Both the position numbers and the translations under genes were made by a program. Below the pieces are notes generated by a model. The model was not told the origin of the DNA and did no database searches. It was given only the letters and a program-made list of their open reading frames with translations. From Dehalococcoidia bacterium (GTDB lineage: Bacteria; Chloroflexota; Dehalococcoidia; UBA6926), in the NCBI GenBank assembly GCA_965204885.1, contig OZ242019.1:1331734-1395733 (forward strand): DNA of 64,000 nt, in the 5' to 3' direction. The first letter of the stretch is position 1. Each line of letters starts with the position of its first letter. Shown one piece after another: positions 38,027 to 46,351 of this stretch.

Positions 38027-38461
38027 TTACTCCCGTGCGCCGATCGCCACCTTGTGCGTCTCCGAACCGGACGCCTTGGGCAGGCTGATGGTCAGCACGC
38101 CGTTCTTGAACTCGGACGTGCCGTTGGCCGCGTCGACCGCCCCGGGGAGGATGAGGCGTCGAATCAGCGAGCCGCTGTACCGCTCACGCAGGACATAGCT
38201 GTCCTCCGTCTTGTCCGTCTTCGCCCTGGACTCAGCGGACACGGTAACCGTTCGGCCCGTGATGGAGATGTCCACGTCATCCGGCTCGAAACCGGGTAGG
38301 GAGGCCGTCAGGCTGTAGCTGTCCGGCTTGTCCTCCACGTCGATCCGCAGATTGCCGCTGTTGCGCCACCACGCGTACGAGGGCGTGTCATTAAAGAAGC
38401 GATCCAGGCTGCGCCCGAACGAGGAGCGAACCGGCCAGGGATTCCATCGCATCATCGTCAT
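38027..38461 (-). CDS. Hsp20/alpha-crystallin family small heat-shock protein
   Basis: 144 aa. The ACD core is SYSLTASLPGFEPDDVDISITGRTVTVSAE...GVLTISLPK. Confidence 0.92.
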   Translation of the reverse strand: MTMMRWNPWPVRSSFGRSLDRFFNDTPSYAWWRNSGNLRIDVEDKPDSYSLTASLPGFEPDDVDISITGRTVTVSAESRAKTDKTEDSYVLRERYSGSLIRRLILPGAVDAANGTSEFKNGVLTISLPKASGSETHKVAIGARE

Positions 38462-38476
38462 TATTCCTAACCTCCT

Positions 38477-38513
38477 GCACTAAACTTGATAATGATATTA
38501 TAAGACTTAGTGC
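38477..38513. promoter_or_regulatory. 37-nt imperfect palindrome overlapping the hsp20 -10 box (candidate operator)
   Basis: The sequence is GCACTAAGTCTTATAAT-ATC-ATTATCAAGTTTAGTGC on the minus strand. The outer arms GCACTAA/TTAGTGC are perfect. Confidence 0.5.
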
Positions 38514-38524
38514 GTGACTGTCAA
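38497..38524 (-). promoter_or_regulatory. Strong sigma-70-type promoter of hsp20
   Basis: The minus strand reads TTGACA (38519-38524), a 16-nt spacer, then TATAAT (38497-38502). AGGAGG lies before the ATG. Confidence 0.7.
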
Positions 38525-38541
38525 GAGATTAGACATGGCGT

Positions 38542-38573
38542 GTCATTCTGAAAGGAGCGTAGCGAAGAATGAC
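38542..38573. repeat. REP-like palindromic element (GTCATTCT...AGAATGAC family)
   Basis: gtcattctgaaaggagcgtagcgaagaatgac is related to 51357-51382. Confidence 0.6.
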
Positions 38574-38580
38574 AGTGTGG

Positions 38581-39171
38581 TTATCCGGACGCCCTCAGCA
38601 CGTCAAAGAACTCGGCCAGGATTCCCGCCGTTGCGCCCCAGATGCGATAGCCGTCGTGGTGGAACTCATACGCCATGATGGTGTTCTGGCCGTAGGTGAA
38701 GGGTTGACGGCCCTTCAGGTACGTCTCCCATAGATCGGCGAACGTGACCTCAAAGATCTCGTTCACCTCGAAACGGTCGTGGTCGTAGTCGGCCCCCGGC
38801 CTCACGATGCCCACAAACGGCGTGATGTGATATCCCGTCCGCGTTTGGTGGTCGTTCAGCCTGCCGAGCACCTCGATCTTGTCCGGCTCAATCCCGACTT
38901 CCTCATGCGTTTCCCGGACAGCGGTGGACTGAATTGACTCATCCTCGAGGTCGCGCGCGCCGCCCGGGAAAGACACTTCTCCCTTGTGGTGCTCCACGCG
39001 GGACGTCCGCACGGTGAACAGGATGCTCGGCCCCTCCACCCCCTCGATGATGGGTATAAGCACCGCGGACGGCATCAGGGACTCATCGTTGATGAATTCG
39101 GGCTCGTACGAACCAAGCGCGGCGCGGACGCTGTCCGGTCGGAGCGAGGGCGGTTGCTGTGAATCGGTCAT
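38581..39171 (-). CDS. NUDIX hydrolase, CoA pyrophosphatase-like
   Basis: Trimmed to MTDSQQPPS... (ATG 39169-39171). The Nudix box is GEVSFPGGARDLEDESIQSTAVRETHEEVGI and the upstream SAVLIPI motif is present. Confidence 0.85.
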   Translation of the reverse strand: MTDSQQPPSLRPDSVRAALGSYEPEFINDESLMPSAVLIPIIEGVEGPSILFTVRTSRVEHHKGEVSFPGGARDLEDESIQSTAVRETHEEVGIEPDKIEVLGRLNDHQTRTGYHITPFVGIVRPGADYDHDRFEVNEIFEVTFADLWETYLKGRQPFTYGQNTIMAYEFHHDGYRIWGATAGILAEFFDVLRASG

Positions 39172-39275
39172 CGTCAGAGTATACTGCCAACGATGGCGTT
39201 CCCTCCGCGTGCGCGTCGTTGCTACGCGGAGTAGAATGCGACCATAGAGCGCCTGGGGCACAGGGAGAGACACAC

Positions 39276-39677
39276 ATGAGTGATCGTCTCGAGCGTGAGA
39301 TTGAAGATATTGTCGAGAAGGCGGGCAGCCTGCCGCCCCCGCCCCGCCGTTCCCGCCGACCACAGCGGCGGCGATCCCCGGACAGCCCCCGCCGTTCACT
39401 CATGGGCGGCGTGAAGTACGCCGCCGTTTTCGGACTCCTTCTCCTTATCAGCGGCGCGTTGCTCTGGGGCATGTCGGGGTCGCTTGGCGCGGGCCTAGCT
39501 CTCGGCGGATTGGTCCTGCTTGGCGCGGCCTACCTGAGCTACTTCAGGAACGGCTCTCCGGCCAACCTGCCCGGCGGCTATGAAAAGCGATGGCGCGGGC
39601 AGTCCGTCTATGGTGATCGGCCCCAGGGCCCGTCTCTGTGGGATCGTATTCGCGGCCGCAACCGCCCCCGTGACTAG
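39276..39677 (+). CDS. Membrane protein, unknown function
   Basis: Trimmed to MSDRLEREIEDIVEKAG..., with GGGAGAGA upstream. Two TM helices (VKYAAVFGLLLLISGALLWG; LALGGLVLLGAAYL) lie between basic regions. Confidence 0.55.
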   Translation: MSDRLEREIEDIVEKAGSLPPPPRRSRRPQRRRSPDSPRRSLMGGVKYAAVFGLLLLISGALLWGMSGSLGAGLALGGLVLLGAAYLSYFRNGSPANLPGGYEKRWRGQSVYGDRPQGPSLWDRIRGRNRPRD

Positions 39678-42600
39678 CTAGGCCGTCACTGCCGCCGCCT
39701 TTCCGCTCATCCGCCCGAACTCCTCCATCAGCTGGTGGAGTTGTTCGCGCCAATCACTCCCGGAGCGCGCCGGCACCCGTATCTGCAGATGCCCCACGTT
39801 CGCGTTCGGCAGCGCGCGGCGGATCGCCTCACGGTCCAGCCAATAGACGTCCCTGAGCCGCACGACAATCTCCGTACCCTCCGTCGCGATAGCTCGCACC
39901 ATGCCACGCAGCCGTCCCGTCTGCGCCCGTACCTCGACAGCCAATAGCAGATCATCCACGTGCTGCGGCAGCGGCCCGAACCGATCTCGCAGTTCCCCGC
40001 GTATGGTCTCAACCTCCGCCGGATCGACGAGATTCGCCAGCCGTTCGTACACGGCCAACCGCGTTCCCGTGTCCTCTACATAGTCCGGGGGGATGCGGGC
40101 ATCGGCAGGAAGATCGACCGGCGCGCGAGCAGCCCCCGCCGCCAAAAGCGACCGCCCCCCCGTCAGCCCCGGTTCGTCCGGCACGTGCGTCGACTTGCCC
40201 TTGCGGATCTCCTCGATGGCCTCTGAGAGCAGCCGCGTGTACAGGTCGAAACCGACCGCCGCCACGTTGCCGCTCTGCTCCGCGCCCAGGATATTGCCCG
40301 CGCCGCGAATCTCAAGGTCCTTCATGGCGAGCCGGAACCCCGCGCCAAGCTCGGCGGCGGACAAGATGGCGCGCAGGCGACGCTCCGCCGTCGGCGTCAG
40401 CACCCGGTCCCGCCTGAACAGGAAATAGGCGTAGGCGCGAATCGAGGAACGCCCAACACGCCCGCGCAGCTGGTAAAGCTGTGTGAGCCCCAGCCGATCT
40501 GCGTCGTCCACGATGAGCGTGTTGGCGTTGGGCATGTCCAGCCCCGCCTGGATGATCGTCGTGCAGATCAGCACGTCGAACTCCTGCGCCGCAAACGAGT
40601 TCATCACGCTTTCCAGCGATTCCGGCGGCATCCGCCCGTGCGCCACGCCGAAGCTCGCCTCCGGCACAAGCTGCTGCAGATGTTCCAGTACGCGATGGAT
40701 GTCCTGTATGCGGTTGTAGACGAAGAAGACTTGCCCGCCCCGGTCCGTCTCGCGCAGGATTGCCTCGCGGATCGTCCGGTCCTCCTGCTCCGCGACGAAC
40801 GTGGTCACCGGAATCCGGTCCTCTGGCGCGGTGTCGATGCGGCTCATATCGCGGATGCCGAACAGCGCCATGTGCAGCGTGCGGGGGATGGGCGTGGCCG
40901 TCATCGTCAGCACGTCCACCGTCGCCCGCATCTTGCGCAGATGCTCCTTGTGCCGCACGCCAAACCGCTGTTCCTCGTCGATGATGACCAGCCCCAGGTT
41001 GCGGAAACTCACGTCCTTGGACAGCAGGCGATGCGTGCCGATGACCACGTCCACCTCGCCCCGCGCCAGCGCCGCCACCGTCTCCTTCTGCTCCGCGTCC
41101 GTTCGCAGCCGTGACAGCATGTCGACCCGTAGAGGGAACGTCTCAAGCCGCTCCATGAACGTCCGATAATGCTGCTGCGCCAACACCGTCGTCGGCACCA
41201 GCAGCGCCACCTGCGAACCGGCCGCTACGGCTTTGAAGGCGGCGCGCACCGCCACCTCCGTCTTGCCGTAGCCCACGTCGCCGCAGATCAGCCGATCCAT
41301 TGGACGACCCGCCTCCATGTCTGATTTCACGTCGATGATGGCCTGCTGCTGGTCCTCCGTTTCCTGGTACGGGAACGAGCTTTCCAGCTCCCATTGCCAT
41401 GCCGTCTCTCCTCCGAACGGCGCGCGGGAGCTTATCTCCCGCTCTGCGTACAGGCGAAGCAGTTCCTCCGCGAACCTGAGCGCGTCCTCCTTGACGCGAC
41501 GCTTGGTATTGGCCCATTCGTTGCCGCCAAGCCGCGTCAGTGTCGGATTCCCGCCCGTGCCCGTGTAGCGCGCCACGCGGTCCACCTGGTCCGTCGGCAC
41601 GTACAGCGTGTCGCCGCCCGCGTAGCCCAGCGCCAGGTATTCCCGCTCCGCGCCCTCCGTTGCCCGCTGCAGCGTTCCTTTGAACCGCGCGATGCCGTGC
41701 TCAACGTGAACGACGTAGTCGCCCTCCACGAAATCAGATAAGAAAGCGTCGCGTCGCACAACACGCCGCCGCACCGGACGCGGCCTCTTGATGAATCCAA
41801 AGATCTCCGTGTCTGAAAGTGTGATGATTGACCCGCTGACGCCCGATTCCCCGCCGCTTAGTTCCCACCCCTCCGCCAGCGCCGTTTGCACAATCACAAG
41901 GCTCCCCGGCGTCGGCACGGCGTCCATGTCCGTCCGTAGGGACAGTTCATGGCCGCTCTCCCGGAGCATCTCCGCCAGTCGTTGCGCCTGCAGCGACGCT
42001 ATGACGACTGCATTCCCACGATGGCGCGCGCCGAGTATATCGCTGCTGAGACGATCGATCCGCCCGCCATAGGTCTCCGGCGGTGAGAATCCTAAGCTCC
42101 CAAACGACCGTGTTCCTTCCTGGACTTCATCAGGTGATGCCTGCGCGAACGGCTCAAGGTGCAGTCGCCGCGGCACGTCCGCCAGTGACATCTCAAGACG
42201 CTCCGACGTGGCGACGGGGCTTGGAAAGCCGCGAGGCAGCTTGCCGCGTTCGATCTGCCCGTCGCGGATCTCCAGCCCCCGCCTGATCACCTCATCAAGC
42301 CGGGTGCGTACACTGGCGGGCCGGTCAACGATCACGACGGTCTCATCCGGCAGGTGATCGATGAGCGTCGAGCGATGGAAATACGGCGAGAAGAACCCGA
42401 CGCCCGGCACGGCTGCGCCCTCAGAGAACTGCCGCAATTCTTCCGCGAAAGCTGCCGCCTCCTCGCCCCCAAGCCCGTCCATATTAGGCGATGGCGCACC
42501 CCGTACCGCGGACGGCAGCAACTCCAGCGCCGGCGTCACGACAACCTCGTCCACTTCTGTGGTTGAACGCTGCGTTGCCGCATCGAACGAGCGGATGCTG

Positions 42601-43265
42601 TCGATGATGTCCCCGAACAGCTCGATGCGGGCGGGGCTTTCATCCTGCGGCGGCCAGATATCAATGATGCCGCCCCGACGGCTGATCGTCCCGGGCGTCT
42701 CGATTGCCGCTACCGGCTCATACCCCAGTTCCACAGCGTCCGAGAGAATGCCGTCGATGGAAATCGCCTCGCCGATGCTTAGCGTGAACGTTGTCTCTTT
42801 AAAATCTTCAGGCGGCAGCGTCACCGCGGCGGCGGCGTACGCGCTCGCGATGATGAACGGGGCAGGGCGGGCCATGAGTTCCTGCAGACGCGCCTCTTGC
42901 GACCCGGCTCGGAAATCAGCGAGTGAAGAGAGCGCCCGCAGCCGCTCCCGTGTTGTTGATGCGTCGTTGGCGAGTTGCTCGTAGGGCAGGGCGTCCGGCT
43001 CCGGGTAGGGAATGACGACGTTCGCGGCGGACGACGACACATAGGCGCTGACCTGCTCATGCGCCCGCCGCGCGTCCTCCGCGCCCGCGTGCAGCCATAG
43101 AACCGGCCGCCCGAGGTCGCGCCACAGGCTCGCGATGATGAACGGCGTCGCCCCCTCCAGCGGATCGAGCAGGATCGGCTCCGGCTGCCCCGCGCGTAGC
43201 GCCTCCACCAGTTGACGATACGCATACCGCCGCCGCAACCCCTCAGACAACGCCGCCAGACTCAC
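39678..43265 (-). CDS. mfd: Transcription-repair coupling factor
   Basis: 1195 aa. The UvrB-homology N-terminus, CarD/TRG region, DEAD/DEAH helicase motifs (GDVGYGKTEV, DEEQRFG) and TRCF C-terminus are present. Confidence 0.96.
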   Translation of the reverse strand: MSLAALSEGLRRRYAYRQLVEALRAGQPEPILLDPLEGATPFIIASLWRDLGRPVLWLHAGAEDARRAHEQVSAYVSSSAANVVIPYPEPDALPYEQLANDASTTRERLRALSSLADFRAGSQEARLQELMARPAPFIIASAYAAAAVTLPPEDFKETTFTLSIGEAISIDGILSDAVELGYEPVAAIETPGTISRRGGIIDIWPPQDESPARIELFGDIIDSIRSFDAATQRSTTEVDEVVVTPALELLPSAVRGAPSPNMDGLGGEEAAAFAEELRQFSEGAAVPGVGFFSPYFHRSTLIDHLPDETVVIVDRPASVRTRLDEVIRRGLEIRDGQIERGKLPRGFPSPVATSERLEMSLADVPRRLHLEPFAQASPDEVQEGTRSFGSLGFSPPETYGGRIDRLSSDILGARHRGNAVVIASLQAQRLAEMLRESGHELSLRTDMDAVPTPGSLVIVQTALAEGWELSGGESGVSGSIITLSDTEIFGFIKRPRPVRRRVVRRDAFLSDFVEGDYVVHVEHGIARFKGTLQRATEGAEREYLALGYAGGDTLYVPTDQVDRVARYTGTGGNPTLTRLGGNEWANTKRRVKEDALRFAEELLRLYAEREISSRAPFGGETAWQWELESSFPYQETEDQQQAIIDVKSDMEAGRPMDRLICGDVGYGKTEVAVRAAFKAVAAGSQVALLVPTTVLAQQHYRTFMERLETFPLRVDMLSRLRTDAEQKETVAALARGEVDVVIGTHRLLSKDVSFRNLGLVIIDEEQRFGVRHKEHLRKMRATVDVLTMTATPIPRTLHMALFGIRDMSRIDTAPEDRIPVTTFVAEQEDRTIREAILRETDRGGQVFFVYNRIQDIHRVLEHLQQLVPEASFGVAHGRMPPESLESVMNSFAAQEFDVLICTTIIQAGLDMPNANTLIVDDADRLGLTQLYQLRGRVGRSSIRAYAYFLFRRDRVLTPTAERRLRAILSAAELGAGFRLAMKDLEIRGAGNILGAEQSGNVAAVGFDLYTRLLSEAIEEIRKGKSTHVPDEPGLTGGRSLLAAGAARAPVDLPADARIPPDYVEDTGTRLAVYERLANLVDPAEVETIRGELRDRFGPLPQHVDDLLLAVEVRAQTGRLRGMVRAIATEGTEIVVRLRDVYWLDREAIRRALPNANVGHLQIRVPARSGSDWREQLHQLMEEFGRMSGKAAAVTA

Positions 43266-43280
43266 TCACTACCTCCGCCA

Positions 43281-43327
43281 AATCCCCTCCCCCTTGATGG
43301 GGGAGGGCTGGGATGGGGGTGATGCCC
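43281..43327. repeat. REP-like G/C-rich palindromic element
   Basis: aatcccctcccccttgatgggggagggctgggatgggggtgatgcccc has stem CCCCTCCCCC/GGGGGAGGG. It is related to 10578-10616. Confidence 0.6.
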
Positions 43328-43405
43328 CTTAAACGCCAAAACCCCCGCCTGAACGGGCACATACCAGTGTAACGAGGTTGTGGATTTAGGACAGAGAGTT
43401 TTTTC

Positions 43406-43434
43406 GTCATTCCCGCGAAAGCGGGAATCCAGAA
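43406..43434. repeat. REP-like palindromic element, exact copy of 15314-15342
   Basis: gtcattcccgcgaaagcgggaatccagaa is identical over 29 nt. Confidence 0.8.
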
Positions 43435-43445
43435 CTCGGGACAGC

Positions 43446-43808
43446 CTAATCGTCAATCAGACCGCGCATCCTCTGCACGAACCCGGCTATCTGGCCAAGA
43501 TGGGTATCAACGTCGGTCGGCCCCATCTCGCCCTCGTAGAAATTCTCGTGCAGATTCCGAGACATCCCGAATGCGACCCAAAGATCGGCATCCCCCGTCC
43601 CTTCGACGATGCGCCGTACTATACCGATGAGCTGCGCGTGACGGCTATGATCCCACCCGCGCTCCTCAGCCACGGCCTTGATGATCTGTGCGGTCGCGCC
43701 CCACCCCTTCTCGCTGGCCTGCAAAGTATCTCCACCGGCAAGCTCCTCTGACGCCTGCGTCAGATAGTGGGCGCTGCGATCAACGTATGGACGCGTTTCA
43801 ACATTCAT
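43446..43808 (-). CDS. PaREP1-like helical protein
   Basis: Trimmed to MNVETRPYVDRS.... LAGGDTLQASEKGWGATAQIIKAVAEERGW..H......LHENFYE resembles the PaREP1/PaREP8 pattern as I remember it. GC content is lower than the surroundings. Confidence 0.55.
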   Translation of the reverse strand: MNVETRPYVDRSAHYLTQASEELAGGDTLQASEKGWGATAQIIKAVAEERGWDHSRHAQLIGIVRRIVEGTGDADLWVAFGMSRNLHENFYEGEMGPTDVDTHLGQIAGFVQRMRGLIDD

Positions 43809-43837
43809 AGGAATAGTGTAATGGGATGTAGTAGTGG

Positions 43838-44986
43838 CTACTGCTTGACTTGCACGTGCACGGTGGCAAGGTCGACTCCGAGACGGTTCAAGATAGCCTT
43901 GCACCGTTGCACTTTCGCAGTTAGATCGCCATGGGTTTCGACAAAGAGGGCCTCATTCCGGATCTGGTGCTCATCTGCCATTGCCTTGCCACGCCTACTG
44001 ACCGCGTGCGTATTGATATGGCCAGTTGGTGAGTACTCAATGGGCGCATCCGATTTCTTGAGTCGCCCGGAATCATAGAGCCAGTTAGCCACTTCACTAA
44101 CGAATGATCTCCAATTTGTCACTTCACGAAGTTCATTGTTCGGGAAACGGATGCTGGCGGGAGCCTTGGTACGTGCTCGAGGACTAAATTCCGAGAGCGG
44201 CACCCAACCGGCATCCAAAGTCTGGGGAGGAGAGGGTTGGGTTTGCTCCTGTGCGGTTGAAGTACTTGAAACTAGGGCAGAAATGGCTGATTTGATATAA
44301 CCTCTGAATTCCTCGATTCGCCCCCCTGTTTTCCTGCCGGCATTCACCTTGTCCATCATGAATCGTACGAATCCATCCGACGGGTCAGCCAATTCGCTCT
44401 TCAACCGATCTGTTATAGCACCCTGCCATTTACTCAAATGCTGCGTTCTCTTGGCCCAATCCCAAACTCGGTTGGCATCAAAGTCCTTCTTGCGGAACCG
44501 CTCGATTTCAGCGATACGAGGCTCATCGGCATTACTCAGGTCAATCTCCAAGAACGGCTCGGTGTCCAAGCCTTTCGAATCATCAAGGTCAGCGTAGAAC
44601 CTATATTTGACACCATCCGTCAGAATCCCAAACTTTGCATCTGGAATGGCGCTGAAATAGCCTCGCAGCTGTGTGAGCGGGTCGCCGTCCAAAGACCTTC
44701 GAGCCATCTTCACTTCAATAATGACCAATGGCTTCTCGTCGAACATGAGGGCGTAATCAACGGCCTTGTGATTCCTGTCACCCCAGTCGGCCGGGTATTC
44801 CGATCTCAGGTCGTGTGGGTCACGGGATTGAATACCAAGTACATCCTCAAGGAACGGAATGACCAAGACACGTTTCGTGTCCTGTTCATTGGCGACCTTG
44901 TCGACATTTAGCTTGACGAACTGTGAGTGTTTGAGAATGTTCTCTCGGATGTCCATGAACTTCACCTTCTCGAACAATCCTACCAT
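43838..44986 (-). CDS. HsdR_N-type (PD-(D/E)xK restriction-endonuclease-like) N-terminal domain protein with an uncharacterised C-terminal half
   Basis: EQDTKRVLVIPFLEDVLG ... VDYALMFDEKPLVIIEVK matches the type I restriction enzyme R N-terminal domain pattern (D...E.K). The start is either 44986 (GGGAGGGG upstream) or 44956 (AAGGTG upstream). The region is low in GC. Confidence 0.65.
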   Translation of the reverse strand: MVGLFEKVKFMDIRENILKHSQFVKLNVDKVANEQDTKRVLVIPFLEDVLGIQSRDPHDLRSEYPADWGDRNHKAVDYALMFDEKPLVIIEVKMARRSLDGDPLTQLRGYFSAIPDAKFGILTDGVKYRFYADLDDSKGLDTEPFLEIDLSNADEPRIAEIERFRKKDFDANRVWDWAKRTQHLSKWQGAITDRLKSELADPSDGFVRFMMDKVNAGRKTGGRIEEFRGYIKSAISALVSSTSTAQEQTQPSPPQTLDAGWVPLSEFSPRARTKAPASIRFPNNELREVTNWRSFVSEVANWLYDSGRLKKSDAPIEYSPTGHINTHAVSRRGKAMADEHQIRNEALFVETHGDLTAKVQRCKAILNRLGVDLATVHVQVKQ

Positions 44987-45097
44987 TCCGCCCCTCCCAG
45001 CCCCCTCTCTTGTCCCCATGCCGCGCGTCCCCGTATCATCTAGCCAGCCGCCCAGATGGCAGCAGGCGCGGAGAATCTTCTACAGGAGTTATTGAGA

Positions 45098-46339
45098 GTG
45101 ACTCGAATCGTTGTGACCGGCGTCGGCATGGTGACGCCCCTTGGCCTTGATACGCAGACCACGTGGGAATCCCTGCTCGCCGGGCAGTCCGGCGCGGATA
45201 CCGTCTCCCTCTTTGACGTGGAGCCGTACCCCACAACCATCGCCTGCGAGGTCAAGGGCTTTGATCCGTCCACATTCATGGATCGCAAGGAAGTCCGGCA
45301 GACCGACCGCTACATCCAGTTCGCCATGGCCGCCGCCGACCAGGCTGTCGCGGAGTCCGGCCTTGAGGTCACGGACGATAACCGCAATGAAGTCGCCACG
45401 ATCATCGGAAGCGGCTACGGCGGCATCGGCACCGTCCAGAACGCCGTGGAAACCCTCTCCACGCGCGGCCCCAACCGCGTCAGCCCGTTCCTCATGCCCA
45501 TGATGGTGACAGAGATGGGCGCGTCCAAGGTGTCCATCGCGCTTGGCGCGCGCGGCCCCGCCTACTCCGTCACGTCGTCCTGCTGCTCCGGCTCCGATTC
45601 CATCGGCGCGGCGGCAGATCTCATCCGACGCGGCGACGCCAGGGTCGCCTTGGCGGGCGGCGCGGAGGCCACCATCACACCCATCGCTTTCGCCGGTTTC
45701 AGCCAGGCGGGCGCGTTGTCCACCAAGCGCAATGACAAGCCCTCACAAGCCTCCCGCCCCTTTGACGTCGATCGTGACGGCTTTGTCATGGGCGAGGGCG
45801 CGTGCGTGCTTGTCCTGGAAGACCTTGAACACGCGAAGGCGCGCGGCGCGAACATCATCGCTGAACTGTCCGGGTTCGCATCCACGGCAGACGCGTATCA
45901 CATCACACACCCCGCCGAGAACGGCGAGGGGGCGGTGCGCGCCATGCGCAAGGCTCTCGACAGGGCAGAGCTTTCCCCCGGCGAGCTTGGCTATATCAAC
46001 GCGCACGGCACATCAACGCCCATCAACGACCGCGAGGAAACCAAGGCCATCAAGACCGTCTTCGGCGAGGCGGCCTACTCCGTGCCGATCTCCTCAACCA
46101 AGTCGATGCACGGCCACCTGCTTGGCGCGGGCGGCGCGTTGGAGGCCGCCATCTGTGCGCTTGCCGTCGCGAACGACCAAATCCCCCCGACTATCAACCT
46201 CGAAAACGCGGATCCGGATTGCGACCTGAATTACACGCCGCATGAGGTTCGCACCGGCCCCGTCAACAGCGCCCTGTCCAACACGTTTGGATTCGGCGGC
46301 CACAACACGGCAATCATCTTCCGCAAGTTCGCGGACTAG
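45098..46339 (+). CDS. fabF: Beta-ketoacyl-[ACP] synthase II
   Basis: I prefer the GTG at 45098 (VTRIVVTGVGMVTPLG), with AGGAG 9 nt upstream. The active-site region is SSCCSGSD and HGTSTP...GHLLGAGG is present. Confidence 0.93.
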   Translation: MTRIVVTGVGMVTPLGLDTQTTWESLLAGQSGADTVSLFDVEPYPTTIACEVKGFDPSTFMDRKEVRQTDRYIQFAMAAADQAVAESGLEVTDDNRNEVATIIGSGYGGIGTVQNAVETLSTRGPNRVSPFLMPMMVTEMGASKVSIALGARGPAYSVTSSCCSGSDSIGAAADLIRRGDARVALAGGAEATITPIAFAGFSQAGALSTKRNDKPSQASRPFDVDRDGFVMGEGACVLVLEDLEHAKARGANIIAELSGFASTADAYHITHPAENGEGAVRAMRKALDRAELSPGELGYINAHGTSTPINDREETKAIKTVFGEAAYSVPISSTKSMHGHLLGAGGALEAAICALAVANDQIPPTINLENADPDCDLNYTPHEVRTGPVNSALSNTFGFGGHNTAIIFRKFAD

Positions 46340-46351
46340 CCGCCGCCTGCC

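Noticed and set aside
38477-38513. CIRCE (HrcA) or HAIR (HspR) operator at the hsp20 promoter
   Set aside because: The palindrome does not match TTAGCACTC-N9-GAGTGCTAA or CTTGAGT-N7-ACTCAAG in arrangement or spacing. It is kept as an unassigned operator candidate instead.
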